A program made the position numbers and the translations under genes. Positions 45,681 to 56,478 of a stretch of 64,000 nt of DNA are shown in pieces (position 1 is the stretch's first letter; each line of letters begins with the position of its first letter). The stretch is from an uncultured Gemmatimonadaceae bacterium. Lineage in GTDB: Bacteria > Gemmatimonadota > Gemmatimonadetes > Gemmatimonadales > Gemmatimonadaceae. The stretch is taken from contig CAWFQK010000002.1 of the NCBI GenBank assembly GCA_963817955.1, positions 96,001 to 160,000 of the forward strand, read 5' to 3'. The notes under the pieces were generated by a model. That model was not told the origin of the DNA. It was given only the letters and a program-made list of their open reading frames with translations, and searched no databases.

Positions 45681-47411
45681 GTGTTGACTCACGGTACGAT
45701 TGCACTGTTCGCGATCGCCCAGCTACAGATGCCGGCCGTTGGCGCCCCTGCCCCGTCACCTACCATGACGCCGGCGGATTCGGACAGGATCGTACGCTCC
45801 GTGAGGTCGGCGCAATCCGATTTCGAATCCTTCCGGCGCATGCGCCTTCCTGTCGGCGACGGCGCCATCGACCGTTGCGACATGCGGATCGGGCGGTACT
45901 GCTACTGGCGCGGCGACGATGAAGACGATGTAGACGATGATGCGCCCCCGCCCGAAGCGCCTGCCATTCGCGAGCGGCGCGATGCGCTGATCCGAACGCT
46001 CGATATCAGTTCGCGCGCACTGTCGGGAGACGCTTGGATCGCCGGGCAATACGTACGGTATCTCGTGGAGGCCGAGCGGTTCGACGACGCACTGCGTTAT
46101 GCCCGTACCACATGTGCGGCGGGCCAGAGCTGGTGTGCCGCGCTCGCAGGATATGCCGCGCATCGCGGCGGTCTGTTCGCCGTGGCCGATTCCGCCTATT
46201 CGTCCGCGCTGCACGCAATGTCGGACGCCGAGCGGTGCCGCTGGCTCGACATGCGTGACCTGTTCGATGACGAACTGGCAAATCGATTTGCGCAACTCGA
46301 CTGCGCGCACCGAATCGTGTTTGCCACGCGTGTGTTGAGGCTCGGCGCGCCTCTCTACGCGGTGAGTGCGACCGATTTGCTCACCGAACACCTGTCGCGG
46401 GTGGTGCGTGCTCACATCGCCGAACGTGCCGCGACGCCAGATGGCGAGGCCTGGGCTGATGACGAGCGCGAAGTCATGCTGCGTTACGGCTGGCCACGTT
46501 GGTATTCGCGAACGCAGCCGGACTTCGGATCGCAGATTCGCCCGTCGATCACTGGCCACGATGCCGGGCGTGCGTACGACTTCTTGCCGACGCTGCCGGT
46601 TGTCGATCACCTGGGAAGCGCAGGGCCGCAAGACTGGCACCTGGACGATCCACGAGCCACGACCGGATACGCGCCGGCGTACGCGCACACGATCCACGAG
46701 TTGCCGCATCAGATCGCCCGGTTCAGGCGCGGCGATTCAATCATCGTCGCAGCCGCCTGGGATGCGCGCCAGGACACGACGATGCTCGGCCACAGCATCG
46801 ATGCGGCGCTGGTGGTTGTCGGCGCCGACGCGACGTCCGCCGCGATCGCGCGACGGACGACCAGCGAGCCTCGTGGAAGAATCGCCGTCGCCGCGCCCAT
46901 CGACTCCGGGTTGGTGAGCTTGGAGCTCCTCGCGCCGCAGGACCGCCGCGCCGCCCGAGCGCGTCTCGGCATTCCACCGCGTACGACCGGCCGCGTCTCA
47001 ATCTCCGATTTACTACTGTACTCATGGACTCCTGGCCCGCCCGCAACGCTGACCCGCGTGTGCGACAGCATGCTGGCGACCGACGCCGTGCCGCTCACGC
47101 GTCCACTCGGCGTGTACTGGGAGACGTATGGATTGCGTTCGCCCGGCGCCCCCGTACAGTTCGCCGTGACAGTGGAGGAAACCGATGTCGGCTGGATACG
47201 GCGCGCTGCCGAGCGGCTACGGCTTGCCGATCCATCGAGAGGCCTGCGCATCCAATGGGAGGAAGTACCGCAGCAGATCGAAGGCATCGCAGCTCGAGGC
47301 ATCCGGATCGACCTGTCACGACTTCGTCACGGCCGCTACACGCTGCAGGTGAGCGCGACTGCCCCAGGGGAACCGACCGTCGTGTCCACGCGGCAGATCG
47401 AAGTACCGTGA
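45681..47411 (+). CDS. Hypothetical exported protein
   Basis: Long ORF with natural composition (CDMRIGRYCYW, LRYGWP, C-terminal Ig-like GRYTLQV); start uncertain. Confidence 0.7.
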   Translation: MLTHGTIALFAIAQLQMPAVGAPAPSPTMTPADSDRIVRSVRSAQSDFESFRRMRLPVGDGAIDRCDMRIGRYCYWRGDDEDDVDDDAPPPEAPAIRERRDALIRTLDISSRALSGDAWIAGQYVRYLVEAERFDDALRYARTTCAAGQSWCAALAGYAAHRGGLFAVADSAYSSALHAMSDAERCRWLDMRDLFDDELANRFAQLDCAHRIVFATRVLRLGAPLYAVSATDLLTEHLSRVVRAHIAERAATPDGEAWADDEREVMLRYGWPRWYSRTQPDFGSQIRPSITGHDAGRAYDFLPTLPVVDHLGSAGPQDWHLDDPRATTGYAPAYAHTIHELPHQIARFRRGDSIIVAAAWDARQDTTMLGHSIDAALVVVGADATSAAIARRTTSEPRGRIAVAAPIDSGLVSLELLAPQDRRAARARLGIPPRTTGRVSISDLLLYSWTPGPPATLTRVCDSMLATDAVPLTRPLGVYWETYGLRSPGAPVQFAVTVEETDVGWIRRAAERLRLADPSRGLRIQWEEVPQQIEGIAARGIRIDLSRLRHGRYTLQVSATAPGEPTVVSTRQIEVP

Positions 47412-47632
47412 TCTGCTCGCAGTGCGCGCCGTAGTCGCACGAGAAGCCGGCAGCGCCGGAAACGGAACGCAGCAGATCGGACCACCGCCACGTAATTCCA
47501 TTTGGTGACCTGGGATCTCGAACAATCTTCGAGCCATGAGATTTCCGGCACACCTGTCGTCCGCGACGACATGACGCGTTCGCCACTGCACGACCCTGTC
47601 GCGCGTTGGTCTCCCCTTAGCTTCCTTCTCTC

Positions 47633-48148
47633 ATGGGCACCAATTTAATGCAGCCCTCCGCCACTGTTGCCCGGCCCGTCGAACGTTCGATGACTGCCGT
47701 ACGCAACATCGTGCGCGCCCTGCGCATCAACACGCGCGCGATCGAACTACAGATGGGGATCAGCCTGGCGCAGCTCTTCGTGCTTCAACAGCTCGCCGAG
47801 CGCCCTGCCGACTCGCTGAACGAGCTCGCCGAGCGCACCGCCACGCATCAGAGCTCTGTGTCCGTGGTTGTGCGCCGGTTAGTGGAGCGCGGTTACGTGT
47901 CGCGCACGGCCGCGGCCGCTGACAAGCGGCGCATCGAGATTGCCGTGACGCCGACCGGACGCGAACTGCTCGCCGGCGCGCCGACGACGATCCAGACACA
48001 GCTCGTCATGGGAATGGAAATCCTGGCACTGGACGATCAGCGGACCCTCGCCGACCTGCTGGAACAGTGGTTGCGCGCTTCCAATATCGATGTCACGGCT
48101 CCGCAGATGTTCGGAGAAGACGAGGGGGCGAACGGCGGAGCAGCGTAG
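47633..48148 (+). CDS. MarR-family regulator
   Basis: SLAQLFVL, LNELAERT..HQSSVSVVVRRLVERGYV and DKRR...TPTG. Confidence 0.9.
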   Translation: MGTNLMQPSATVARPVERSMTAVRNIVRALRINTRAIELQMGISLAQLFVLQQLAERPADSLNELAERTATHQSSVSVVVRRLVERGYVSRTAAAADKRRIEIAVTPTGRELLAGAPTTIQTQLVMGMEILALDDQRTLADLLEQWLRASNIDVTAPQMFGEDEGANGGAA

Positions 48149-48203
48149 GGTTGCTTTGACGCACCCTGTGCTATAGGAACAATCGTTCCACTCCGCGAGG
48201 ATG

Positions 48204-48377
48204 TCAGCTGCCCACGATTTCGAGTAGGCCGTCGTCGACCTTCGAGAGTTCCTCATCCGACACTCTCGCCAGTCGACGGCCGATTCGCTCCGTGGCCAGC
48301 GTCCGATGGGCGGATCGTGATCCACGAGTCGGATCACGATCCGCCCATCGGATTTCGCCTCTCAGTATTCTGGCCAC
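48204..48377 (-). pseudogene. mazF: MazF/PemK toxin with central deletion
   Basis: ARILRGEIRWADRDPTRG joined via SRSAH to RTLATERIGRRL...GLLEIVGS; 57 aa, lacking the RP motif region. Confidence 0.75.
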
Positions 48378-48520
48378 GAGCCTGCGTCGGTAGAGAATCC
48401 CTCTTCGGCAAGCGCTTTTTCCGCGCGCGGATCCAGCTTCGACGCCTCCCGAGCGAGCCACGTGCGAGCGAGGCGCGCGAGCTTTTCTGCTACGGCAGCC
48501 TCGAGGGCATGCGCATCACT
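48362..48520 (-). pseudogene. Antitoxin C-terminal half (RHH N-terminus missing)
   Basis: LEAAVAEKLARL...KLDPRAEKALAEEG...WPEY* overlapping the mazF start; no in-frame start nearby. Confidence 0.65.
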
Positions 48521-48533
48521 TCGAGGGCCGGAA

Positions 48534-48826
48534 CAGCTTTTGAACGGTAGAGGTCGCAGAGAACTGCAGGAGAACTGCAGAGAACTGCAAATGAGAACTG
48601 CAAAAAGAAAACTGTAAGCGTACGGAAGAGGGAAGCGCGTATCGGTGGAATGAACCGTGATTGCCGAGTCCACAATCATTCCGCCGATATCGCTGATGAT
48701 CCCGACCTGGGCGATACCATCGGCGCGTCACGACGGCATCATCATCCAAGACTTCCAGGCGAGACAATCCTTCACGGTCCTCTGCAGTTCTCTTGCAGTT
48801 CTCTGCGACCTCTGCGTTAAAAGCTG
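48534..48826. mobile_element. ~290-bp element with ~47-bp imperfect terminal inverted repeats
   Basis: AGAGGTCGCAGAGAACTGCAGGAGAACTGCAGAG (48549-48582) against the reverse complement of 48780-48813 shows 1 mismatch; outer CAGCTTTT also shared; inner 13-bp stem. Confidence 0.5.
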
Positions 48827-48840
48827 GTCTGTCGGTCGCA

Positions 48841-48867
48841 GAGATCCTTCGCTTCGCTCAGGATGAC
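48841..48867. repeat. REP-like palindromic repeat
   Basis: GAGATCCTTCGCTTCGCTCAGGATGAC, recognised from memory as a widespread REP-like unit. Confidence 0.55.
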
Positions 48868-48943
48868 AGGCCTTCGCTCAGAAGGTCGACGAGCGAACAC
48901 CACGCTTGCGGCCATCCGCAAGAGCGGCCTTACCGTCCAACGT

Positions 48944-50305
48944 TCACCGCTCCCAATGTCGCTGGCGCGCGATCTCGATCCCCGACACGCACGTCGTCAG
49001 CCACAGGAGACCCGCCGCGAGCCCCGCGCTTGCGTCGCTCACGAAGTGCTGGCCAAGGTACAGCCGCGCGACGATGATCGACCCCACCAGCGCTGTCGTG
49101 ACCGTGACGATGAGAGTGCGCCAAGCCGGCGATCGAACGAACGAGAACAGCAGATACGCGAGCATGCCGTATCCCACGAGCACGCCCAGCGCGTGCCCGC
49201 TGGCCAGGCCGGTAGTCCATTGGAGAAGCACAATGTCCGCGAAGGGCAGCTCTGACCGCCGTACGACGAATCGCAATGCGGCGTCGAGCAGCGATCCACC
49301 AATGAACGCTGCACACCAGCCGGCGAGGACGAGTCCTTCCCTGCGCACAGCGTAGACGAGCGCGCCGCCGAACAGCAGCAACGTCATGGCACCGCGACCA
49401 CCCAGGCTGCTCAGAAACGCGAACGCCGCGAGCGCGCCGGGCGCCACGGACTGATGCAGCCGCGATGCGACGCCCACGTCGAAGCGGGTGAGCGGCGAGG
49501 TGTCTATCAGGCCTTCCGTGATCGACGCAAAGATGCCGATCACCGCGAGACTCACACCGAATCCAATCGCCAGGTGCAGCACGAGGTACTCGCCCTGCGC
49601 AAAACGACCGGTGATGAACCGCCACACCCGCGGATGCCGCGAGTGCAGGCGGCTCATGCGCGGCGTGGCCGATGCGCGCGCCCACCGGCGGTCGAGTTCG
49701 GCAAGCACACTCGTTCGGTTTCGCGCAAACCAGCGCCACGCGAACACGACTCCGGCAACCAGCGCGATGAGGAGCGCAAGAATGAGACTGACGCGCCCAA
49801 TGTAATGGACCAGTCGCGGCAGGTTGCGTCCGAAGGCGTATCCAAGAATGCTGAACGACAACGCCCAGACCGCGCCACCCACCGCGTTGTACAGCGCAAA
49901 AACGCGGATTGGCATTCCCGACATGCCGGCGAAGATGCCGACGAAGCTGCGCACGAACGCCACGAACCGTCCGAGCAACACGGTTTTCGCGCCGTGCTGG
50001 GCGAAGAAGCGATGCGTCCGCTCCATCCGCTCTTCGGTCACCATGATCCAACGCCCGTGGCGTGCAATGAGCGCAGTACCACCACGCGCTCCAATCCAGT
50101 ACCCAGTCTGGCCGCCGGCGATGGTTCCAATGCAACCGGCGATTATGACCCCGACGATCGACAGCGTGCCGCGGCCGGCGAGCGCCGCGGCAGTGACCAG
50201 CGCGGTTTCACCGGGAATCGGCACGCCTGCGCCTTCGACGAGCAGAAAGATCGCAACCAATACATAGCCATAATGGGATACCCACTGGCTAACGACGTCG
50301 AGCAT
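48944..50305 (-). CDS. DedA-PAP2 fusion membrane protein
   Basis: EGAGVPIPGE and GRFVAFVRSF DedA domain; ASGHA and ARLYLGQHFVSD PAP2 domain. Confidence 0.9.
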   Translation of the reverse strand: MLDVVSQWVSHYGYVLVAIFLLVEGAGVPIPGETALVTAAALAGRGTLSIVGVIIAGCIGTIAGGQTGYWIGARGGTALIARHGRWIMVTEERMERTHRFFAQHGAKTVLLGRFVAFVRSFVGIFAGMSGMPIRVFALYNAVGGAVWALSFSILGYAFGRNLPRLVHYIGRVSLILALLIALVAGVVFAWRWFARNRTSVLAELDRRWARASATPRMSRLHSRHPRVWRFITGRFAQGEYLVLHLAIGFGVSLAVIGIFASITEGLIDTSPLTRFDVGVASRLHQSVAPGALAAFAFLSSLGGRGAMTLLLFGGALVYAVRREGLVLAGWCAAFIGGSLLDAALRFVVRRSELPFADIVLLQWTTGLASGHALGVLVGYGMLAYLLFSFVRSPAWRTLIVTVTTALVGSIIVARLYLGQHFVSDASAGLAAGLLWLTTCVSGIEIARQRHWER

Positions 50306-50462
50306 CCGTGTATCACTGATCGGGGTGGGCCGCTGGCCGGGAGCACGGTGCCACGGCCACTAGGAAAGCTCGGTTGCCCGACGCCACGCCACAAGCGCCG
50401 TCTTCCTCCACGACCCCGGAGGTACGATCCTTCAATGACCTTCTCTCACCACGGCGAACGAT

Positions 50463-51038
50463 ATGGCGACTCTCACGCTTGATCCAGCAACGACGGCGCT
50501 CGTCGTCATCGACCTTCAGCGTGGCATCGCGGGCATGCCGACGGTACCGCACGCCGCGGCAGACGTCATTGCGCGTTCGGTGCAGCTCGCAGGCGCCTTC
50601 CGCGCGAAAGGCGCACTGGTGGTGCTCGTTCGCGTGGACCCCGGTCCATCGGGCGAGCTTATGCCGAGCGGGATCACCGACATCGAACGGCCGCGTATTT
50701 CGCCGCCCCCGGGGTGGACGGATATCGTGCCGGAGCTCGGTCCGCAGTCAGGGGACGTCGTCGTGACGAAGCATCAGCCGGGTGCGTTCTACGCCACCGA
50801 TCTCGAAGTCCAGCTCCGCCGGCGCGGCATACAGACGATCGTCCTCTGCGGCGTCGCCACGAACGTTGGCGTCGAAGCGACGGCCCGTGTGGGCTTCGAA
50901 CACGGGTACAATCTGGTGTTCGCGGCAGACGCCATGGCGGCGCGCGACGCGGAGCTGCACACGATGAGCACCACCAGGTTCTTCCCCACGATCGGCCGCG
51001 TGCGGACCGCCGAGGAGATCGTGGCAGCGCTTACCTGA
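50463..51038 (+). CDS. Isochorismatase-family hydrolase
   Basis: TALVVIDLQRG, VTKHQPGAFYATDL and GVATNVGVEATAR. Confidence 0.9.
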   Translation: MATLTLDPATTALVVIDLQRGIAGMPTVPHAAADVIARSVQLAGAFRAKGALVVLVRVDPGPSGELMPSGITDIERPRISPPPGWTDIVPELGPQSGDVVVTKHQPGAFYATDLEVQLRRRGIQTIVLCGVATNVGVEATARVGFEHGYNLVFAADAMAARDAELHTMSTTRFFPTIGRVRTAEEIVAALT

Positions 51039-51040
51039 TC

Positions 51041-54000
51041 TTACTCGGCGAGACGGTAGCCGCGGCCGCGGATGGTCACGAGGAGCGACGGCACGAGGAA
51101 CAACGTGATCGGTGTGGAGAGCGCCAGTCCGCCGATCACCGCGAGCGCGAGCGGACGCTGCATGTCGCTGCCCGCACCGATACCGAGCGCCAATGGCAAC
51201 AGGCCGAACAACGTACAGAGCGTCGTCATGAGAATTGGTCGCAGGCGAATGCGCGCCGCTTCGCGGAGCGCCGGTTCCAGGGTCAGGCCGTCGTCGCGCA
51301 TGAGATGCCGCGTGAAGTCGAGTAGAATGATGCCGTTCTTCACGATGAGCCCCACGAGCAGTATCAGTCCCATGAACGATGACACATTGAGCGGAGTGCC
51401 GGTAATGACGAGCAACCCGATCGCGCCAACGAACGACAGCGGCGCCGCGAGCAGCACTACCAGCGGCTCGATGAACGACTGGAACTGAATCACCATCACC
51501 GCAATGACGCTGGCGCCGGCCAACGCCAGCACGAGAAGGAGTGCTTTGAACGCTTCTTGTTGGCTGGCATACTGGCCGCCGATCTCGAGGCGAATCCCCG
51601 GCGGCGGCGGCATCGATGCGAGCACTGCCTTCACATCCTTCATCACGGCACTGAGCGAACGGTCGCCGAGGTCCCCCGTCGCGCGAATCATCTGCTGCTG
51701 GTTCTCTCGCAGAAGCTCGGAACGCGTGTCTGCCGGGTGGAACGTCGCCAGGGCGCCGAGCGGCACCGTGACGTGCGTTTGCGGCGAGAAGATGGGAACG
51801 GCACCGAGGAGTCGCGGGTCGAAGCGCACGGAATCGGGAGCGCGCGTTCGCACGGCAACGGAGCGGTCTTCCAATCGTACCTCTCCGGCCGGCACGCCAA
51901 TCAATGCTCCGCTCAATTGATCGGCCACCTGAACGGGCGTGAGGCCGACGCGATTGGCCTCTGCCTGGTTGATCGTCATCTCCAGTTCGGCGCTCGGCTC
52001 GCTCACGCCGTTGTAGTAGTCCTCGATCCCGTCAATCTTGGACAGCTTTGGCTCGAGGGTCCGGGCATACGCCTCCAGCCCGTTCAGGTCGGGGCCGAAC
52101 AGCTTGATCTCCACCGGCCGCGCCGCGCCGGCCAGGTCGTTGATGACGTCGGAGAGAATCTGCACAAACTCGATGCGCAGCCGCGGCACGGCCGACTGCA
52201 CCTTAGTCCTGACGTCAGCGATCACTTGGAAGGTGGACCGGCCGCGCTCGCGTTCTGGTTGTAGACGCGCCACCATGTCGCCGCGGTTCTGCTCCGTGGC
52301 GAACAAACCAAGCTCCGCGCCCGTACGGCGCGAAATTCCGGTGATCTCCGGCGTATTGAGCAGGGTGTCCTCGACGATGTGGACCTGCCGGTCCGTCTCG
52401 GCGAGGGCGGTGCCGCCAGGGCTCCAGTAGTCGAGCACGAACGCGCCTTCGTCGATCTCCGGTAGAAATCCGGTCGGCGCAATGCGCTGCATGATCACGC
52501 CGGCCACCAAGAGTACCGCGACAACCGGAATGAGCCACCGCGAATGACGGAGTGCCGCTCCGAGAGCGCGTGCATATCGTTCGGACAACGAATCGATCGC
52601 CCGACCAAGGCGCGCCAGCAGGCCTGGCGACGCGGCGGTGCTCGGCGCCTCGTCGGCAACATCCTCGGTGCGCAGAAAGCGCTCGCTGAGCAGCGGGATG
52701 ATCGTGAGCGCCACGATGAGCGACACGAGCACGGCGATCGTGAGGGTGATCGACAGCGCCTTGAAGAACTGTCCCTCGACGCCGGTGAGCAAGCCGAGCG
52801 GCAGGAACACCACTACGGTCGTGATGGTGGACGTCGTCACCGGCCAGATCAATTCCTGAACGGCATCGCGGATGGCCAAGCGGCGGTCAGGCTGCAAGTG
52901 AGCGTGCCTGACGATATTCTCGGTGATCACCACGGCATCGTCGATCACGAGCCCGATGGCGATCGCCATCGCCCCCAGCGTCATCAGGTTGAACGTCTGT
53001 CCCATCATCGACATGACGAACACCGTGATCGCCATCGTGATCGGAATGGACGACGCACTGATGGCCGTAATGCGAGCGTGGCGGAGAAAGAGCAGCAGGA
53101 TGATGACGGCGAGCGCGGCACCGATGAGCATCGCGTCGCGCACCGACCTGACCGCGTCACGCACCAGCGCCGCCTGATCGTAGACCGCCTTGAGCGTGAT
53201 GCCCGGCGGCAAGGTCTTGCGCAGCGACGCTGCGATCGCTGCGACACTGTCGGCGATCGCGACGCTGTTGCCGCCAGGTTGGCGCGAGATGTTGATCAGG
53301 GCGGCTGGCCGGCCGTCACCGGCCACGATCCGTACGTGGTCCTCCGTGCCGGAGACGACACGCGCCAGATCCTCGACACGCAAACCGTGTCCGACGACGA
53401 TCTTCGCGATGTCGTCCGGCGAATGCGCCTCTGTTGTCGTGACGATCAGATACTGCCTGTAATCCTCCGGCATGCGCCCAACGGCATCGACCGTCGTGGA
53501 GGCACTGATTGCCGCAGCCAGATCGGCGTAGGTGAGTTGCTGGGCCGCGAGTTGCCCGGATCCGCAATGACCTCCACCTCGCGGACGTCGCTGCCCTGGA
53601 CGTCTACGCGGCCGACGCCCGGCACCCGTGAAATGAGCGGCTTGATCTGATAGCGGGCCAAATCGTAGAGCGTCGCCGGGTCGCCGCCCTCGAGGTTGTA
53701 TGAAAGAATTGGAAACAGCGACGGCGTCAGCCGCTCCACCTCGAGTCCGACGTCGGCCGGCAACGTGCTCCGGACCTGGTTGATGCGCGCCTGGACCTGT
53801 TGCAGCGCGACGACCATGTCCGTCTTCGGCGCAAACGTGATGTTGGTCTCGCTCCCGCCACGAATGGAGCGCGACTGCACGCGGGTGACGCCGGGAACGA
53901 TGCTGACGGCTTCCTCGATCGGCCGCGTCACGCCGAACAGCACTTGCCGCGCGCCGAGTGAACTGCCCTCCGCCACCACGGTAATGCGCGAGAACTCGAG

Positions 54001-54129
54001 CTCGGGATAAATGGCCGACGGCAGGACCAGTGCCGCGTAGATGCCAGCGACGCTGGCGACGGTGATGATGAGATAGACGAACCGTCGCTGCGCGGCGAGG
54101 ACCCCGAATAGTCCGCCGGAGCCGCTCAC
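51041..54129 (-). CDS. RND efflux permease (CusA/AcrB superfamily) with one -1 frameshift near 53553
   Basis: N-part 54129-53555 and C-part in another frame; GLVIDDAVVITEN, KNGIILLD and RLRPILMT. Confidence 0.88.
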
Positions 54130-55235
54130 GGCTTGGCCGCCTTTCCCGGCGCAGCTGGAGGCGCCGCCGGTACCAACGGCATGATGCGCGCACTGTCCTG
54201 CACCGCATACGCGCCGTGTGTCACGATCTTTTCTCCGGCGTGCAATCCTTCGGCAATCTCGGCCGTGCTCGTCGTCTTGCCGCCCACTGTGACCTCGCGT
54301 TCATGCGCGATGCCCGTTGGATCGACGACGAAGACCTTGTACTTCTCGCCCTCCGGCACGAGCGCCTCGAGCGGAATGACGATCGCCGAGGGCAGACTCG
54401 TCACCGCGATCGCGCCGAAGATCGTTTCGCCAATGCGTAATCGACGGCGTGTCGTCGGCGCTTGTACACGCACCGCAATGCTGCGCGTGACCGAGTCCAC
54501 CATTCCGGAAACGCCCACAACGGTTCCAACGCCCAGTGGCTCACCGTTCGCCGACTGACCGGCACTGAGCGTGACCTTCGCATGCGGTTGCACGCGGCCC
54601 GCGTCGGACGGTGTGACGCTCAACAGCACGTCGAGCGCACTGGGGTCGGAAATCTCGACGAGCGGCTGGGCCGGATCGACCGATGCACCGAGCGTGGCCG
54701 ACATGTGTGTCACGACGCCGTTGATTGGAGAACGCAGCACGGCGAGCTGCGATGCTCGGCGTGCTGCGTTCTCGTCCGCCCGCGCTCTGGCTACGTCAGC
54801 CGCCGCCGTCTCCGCGTCCTTGCGAGGGACGATCCCTTCATCCGCCAACCGTTGCTGCCGTTCATTCGCCCGCTCGGCAGCCGCCAACGCGGCGGCCGCG
54901 GTACGCAGCGCTGCGTCGAATGGCGCTTGATCGAGCTCGACGAGCGCCTCACCCGCCTGCACAGGCTGTCCGGTGGCCGCGAGCACCGTCGCGATCCGAC
55001 CGGCCGCCGGCGCGCTGAGTGTCGCAACGTGCCCGGCACGCGCAACGACGTTGCCGATTGCGCCAACCGTTTCAGTGAAGGGCTGTGGCGTCACCACCAG
55101 CGTGGTCGCCGTGACCGCTGCAGCAGGCGCGGACTCTGACTCGACGTCCTTGTCCTTCCGGCACGATGCCGCGACCACCAGTACGCTCACGAGACCGATG
55201 CGTGAGAGAATGTCAGACATGATTCTTCGAGTCAT
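54126..55235 (-). CDS. RND periplasmic adaptor (MFP) lipoprotein
   Basis: AASC lipobox, LRSPINGVV and IPLEALV...VFVV. Confidence 0.9.
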   Translation of the reverse strand: MTRRIMSDILSRIGLVSVLVVAASCRKDKDVESESAPAAAVTATTLVVTPQPFTETVGAIGNVVARAGHVATLSAPAAGRIATVLAATGQPVQAGEALVELDQAPFDAALRTAAAALAAAERANERQQRLADEGIVPRKDAETAAADVARARADENAARRASQLAVLRSPINGVVTHMSATLGASVDPAQPLVEISDPSALDVLLSVTPSDAGRVQPHAKVTLSAGQSANGEPLGVGTVVGVSGMVDSVTRSIAVRVQAPTTRRRLRIGETIFGAIAVTSLPSAIVIPLEALVPEGEKYKVFVVDPTGIAHEREVTVGGKTTSTAEIAEGLHAGEKIVTHGAYAVQDSARIMPLVPAAPPAAPGKAAKP

Positions 55236-56431
55236 GGCGAGGTAACCGGCGCGGGCGTGAGCGCGAGCACACGCAACTCTGCTGTAGCGATCCAGGCATT
55301 CGTGAGATCATCGATGTATTGGCCGAGCACGTCGCGGGCATTGCGTTGCGCCTCGAGCACGTTGGGCAGCGCCGACGCACCCTCGCGATACGCAACGAGC
55401 GCCATGGCTTGCACGCGATTGGCACTCACGACGAGCTGCCGGTCGCGCACAACTTTGGCGAGCGCATTCTCGCGCTCGCGCAAGGCGTGCGCGGTCTCGT
55501 TGCGCGCCTCCACCCGTGCGACCGTGAGCTCCGCCGCGGCGCGCGAACGCTCTGCTTCAGCCTGAGCAATCGCACCACGATTGCGGTCGAACAACGGCAA
55601 TCCGATGCCGATGCCGAACGTCGGCAACAGCCCGGGCTGGCTCGGGTCGCGATTCTCAACTCCGATCGAGACGAACGGCGACGTCCAGATCGACCGCCGC
55701 TGCAACTGTGCGCTCAGCGTCGCCGATTCGAGCGATAGACTCGCTGCGGCTTCGCTCACGGTCGTCTGACCCGGCAGGTCCGCCGCGGGTGGTTCGGCCA
55801 GCGAATCGGTGGCGCGTATCTCGACCCGGTCAGACGTCATTCCCAGAACAGCCTGAAGGTCGAGCAGGGCCGAAATCCAGGTGAGCGAATCGGCGGCAGC
55901 GAGATTGGCCTGCTGCCCTGCATTCACGCGGGCGAGCTCGACGTCCATGTCGCTCGCATCGCCAGCGTCGCGCCGACGCTCCACCATGTGCAGGAGGCTG
56001 TCCGCGTCGAGCGCGTTGCGCCTCGACAGCGCCAATCGCTCGCGCGCGGCAAGGGCGTGGCTGTAGGTGGTATCAGCGTCGAGCGCAATGACGGCACGCG
56101 CGAACTGGAATCGCAACTGTGCCGCCTGGAATCCGAGCTGCGCGGCGCGGACGCGCGGCTGCCGGATCCACGGCAAGTCGATCGGGATGTCGGCGCTGAC
56201 ATGATAGTTCGGCACCGACTTGCTGTAGCTCGCCGCGAGCGCTGGGTTGGGCGCTGCCCGCGCCACGGTCAGCCCGGCGCTGGCAACCGCCGTGTCGGCG
56301 CGCGCCACACCCAAACGGGCTCCGCGCTCCAGCGCGGTCTGGACGGCATTGGTCCGTGTCAACGGAATTTGCGCGACGGCGGGCGCAGCAACGGCCACGC
56401 ATGCCACGACCAGGGCAATGCGAATGCGCAT
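55232..56431 (-). CDS. TolC-family outer membrane channel
   Basis: Signal peptide; LPLFDRNRGAI and AYREGA...VLEAQR. Confidence 0.9.
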   Translation of the reverse strand: MRIRIALVVACVAVAAPAVAQIPLTRTNAVQTALERGARLGVARADTAVASAGLTVARAAPNPALAASYSKSVPNYHVSADIPIDLPWIRQPRVRAAQLGFQAAQLRFQFARAVIALDADTTYSHALAARERLALSRRNALDADSLLHMVERRRDAGDASDMDVELARVNAGQQANLAAADSLTWISALLDLQAVLGMTSDRVEIRATDSLAEPPAADLPGQTTVSEAAASLSLESATLSAQLQRRSIWTSPFVSIGVENRDPSQPGLLPTFGIGIGLPLFDRNRGAIAQAEAERSRAAAELTVARVEARNETAHALRERENALAKVVRDRQLVVSANRVQAMALVAYREGASALPNVLEAQRNARDVLGQYIDDLTNAWIATAELRVLALTPAPVTSP

Positions 56432-56478
56432 GACCTCGAGGATCTGCAGGGAGATGCTAAGGCTATCGAAGGTACCTG

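Noticed and set aside
48650..48770. Remnant nuclease gene inside the inverted-repeat element
   Set aside because: Only 3-5 residue resemblances; not supportable without a search.
53540..53570. Programmed frameshift in the RND gene
   Set aside because: No slippery heptamer; a single missing base in GGC-AA-CTC is better explained by sequencing error or point mutation.
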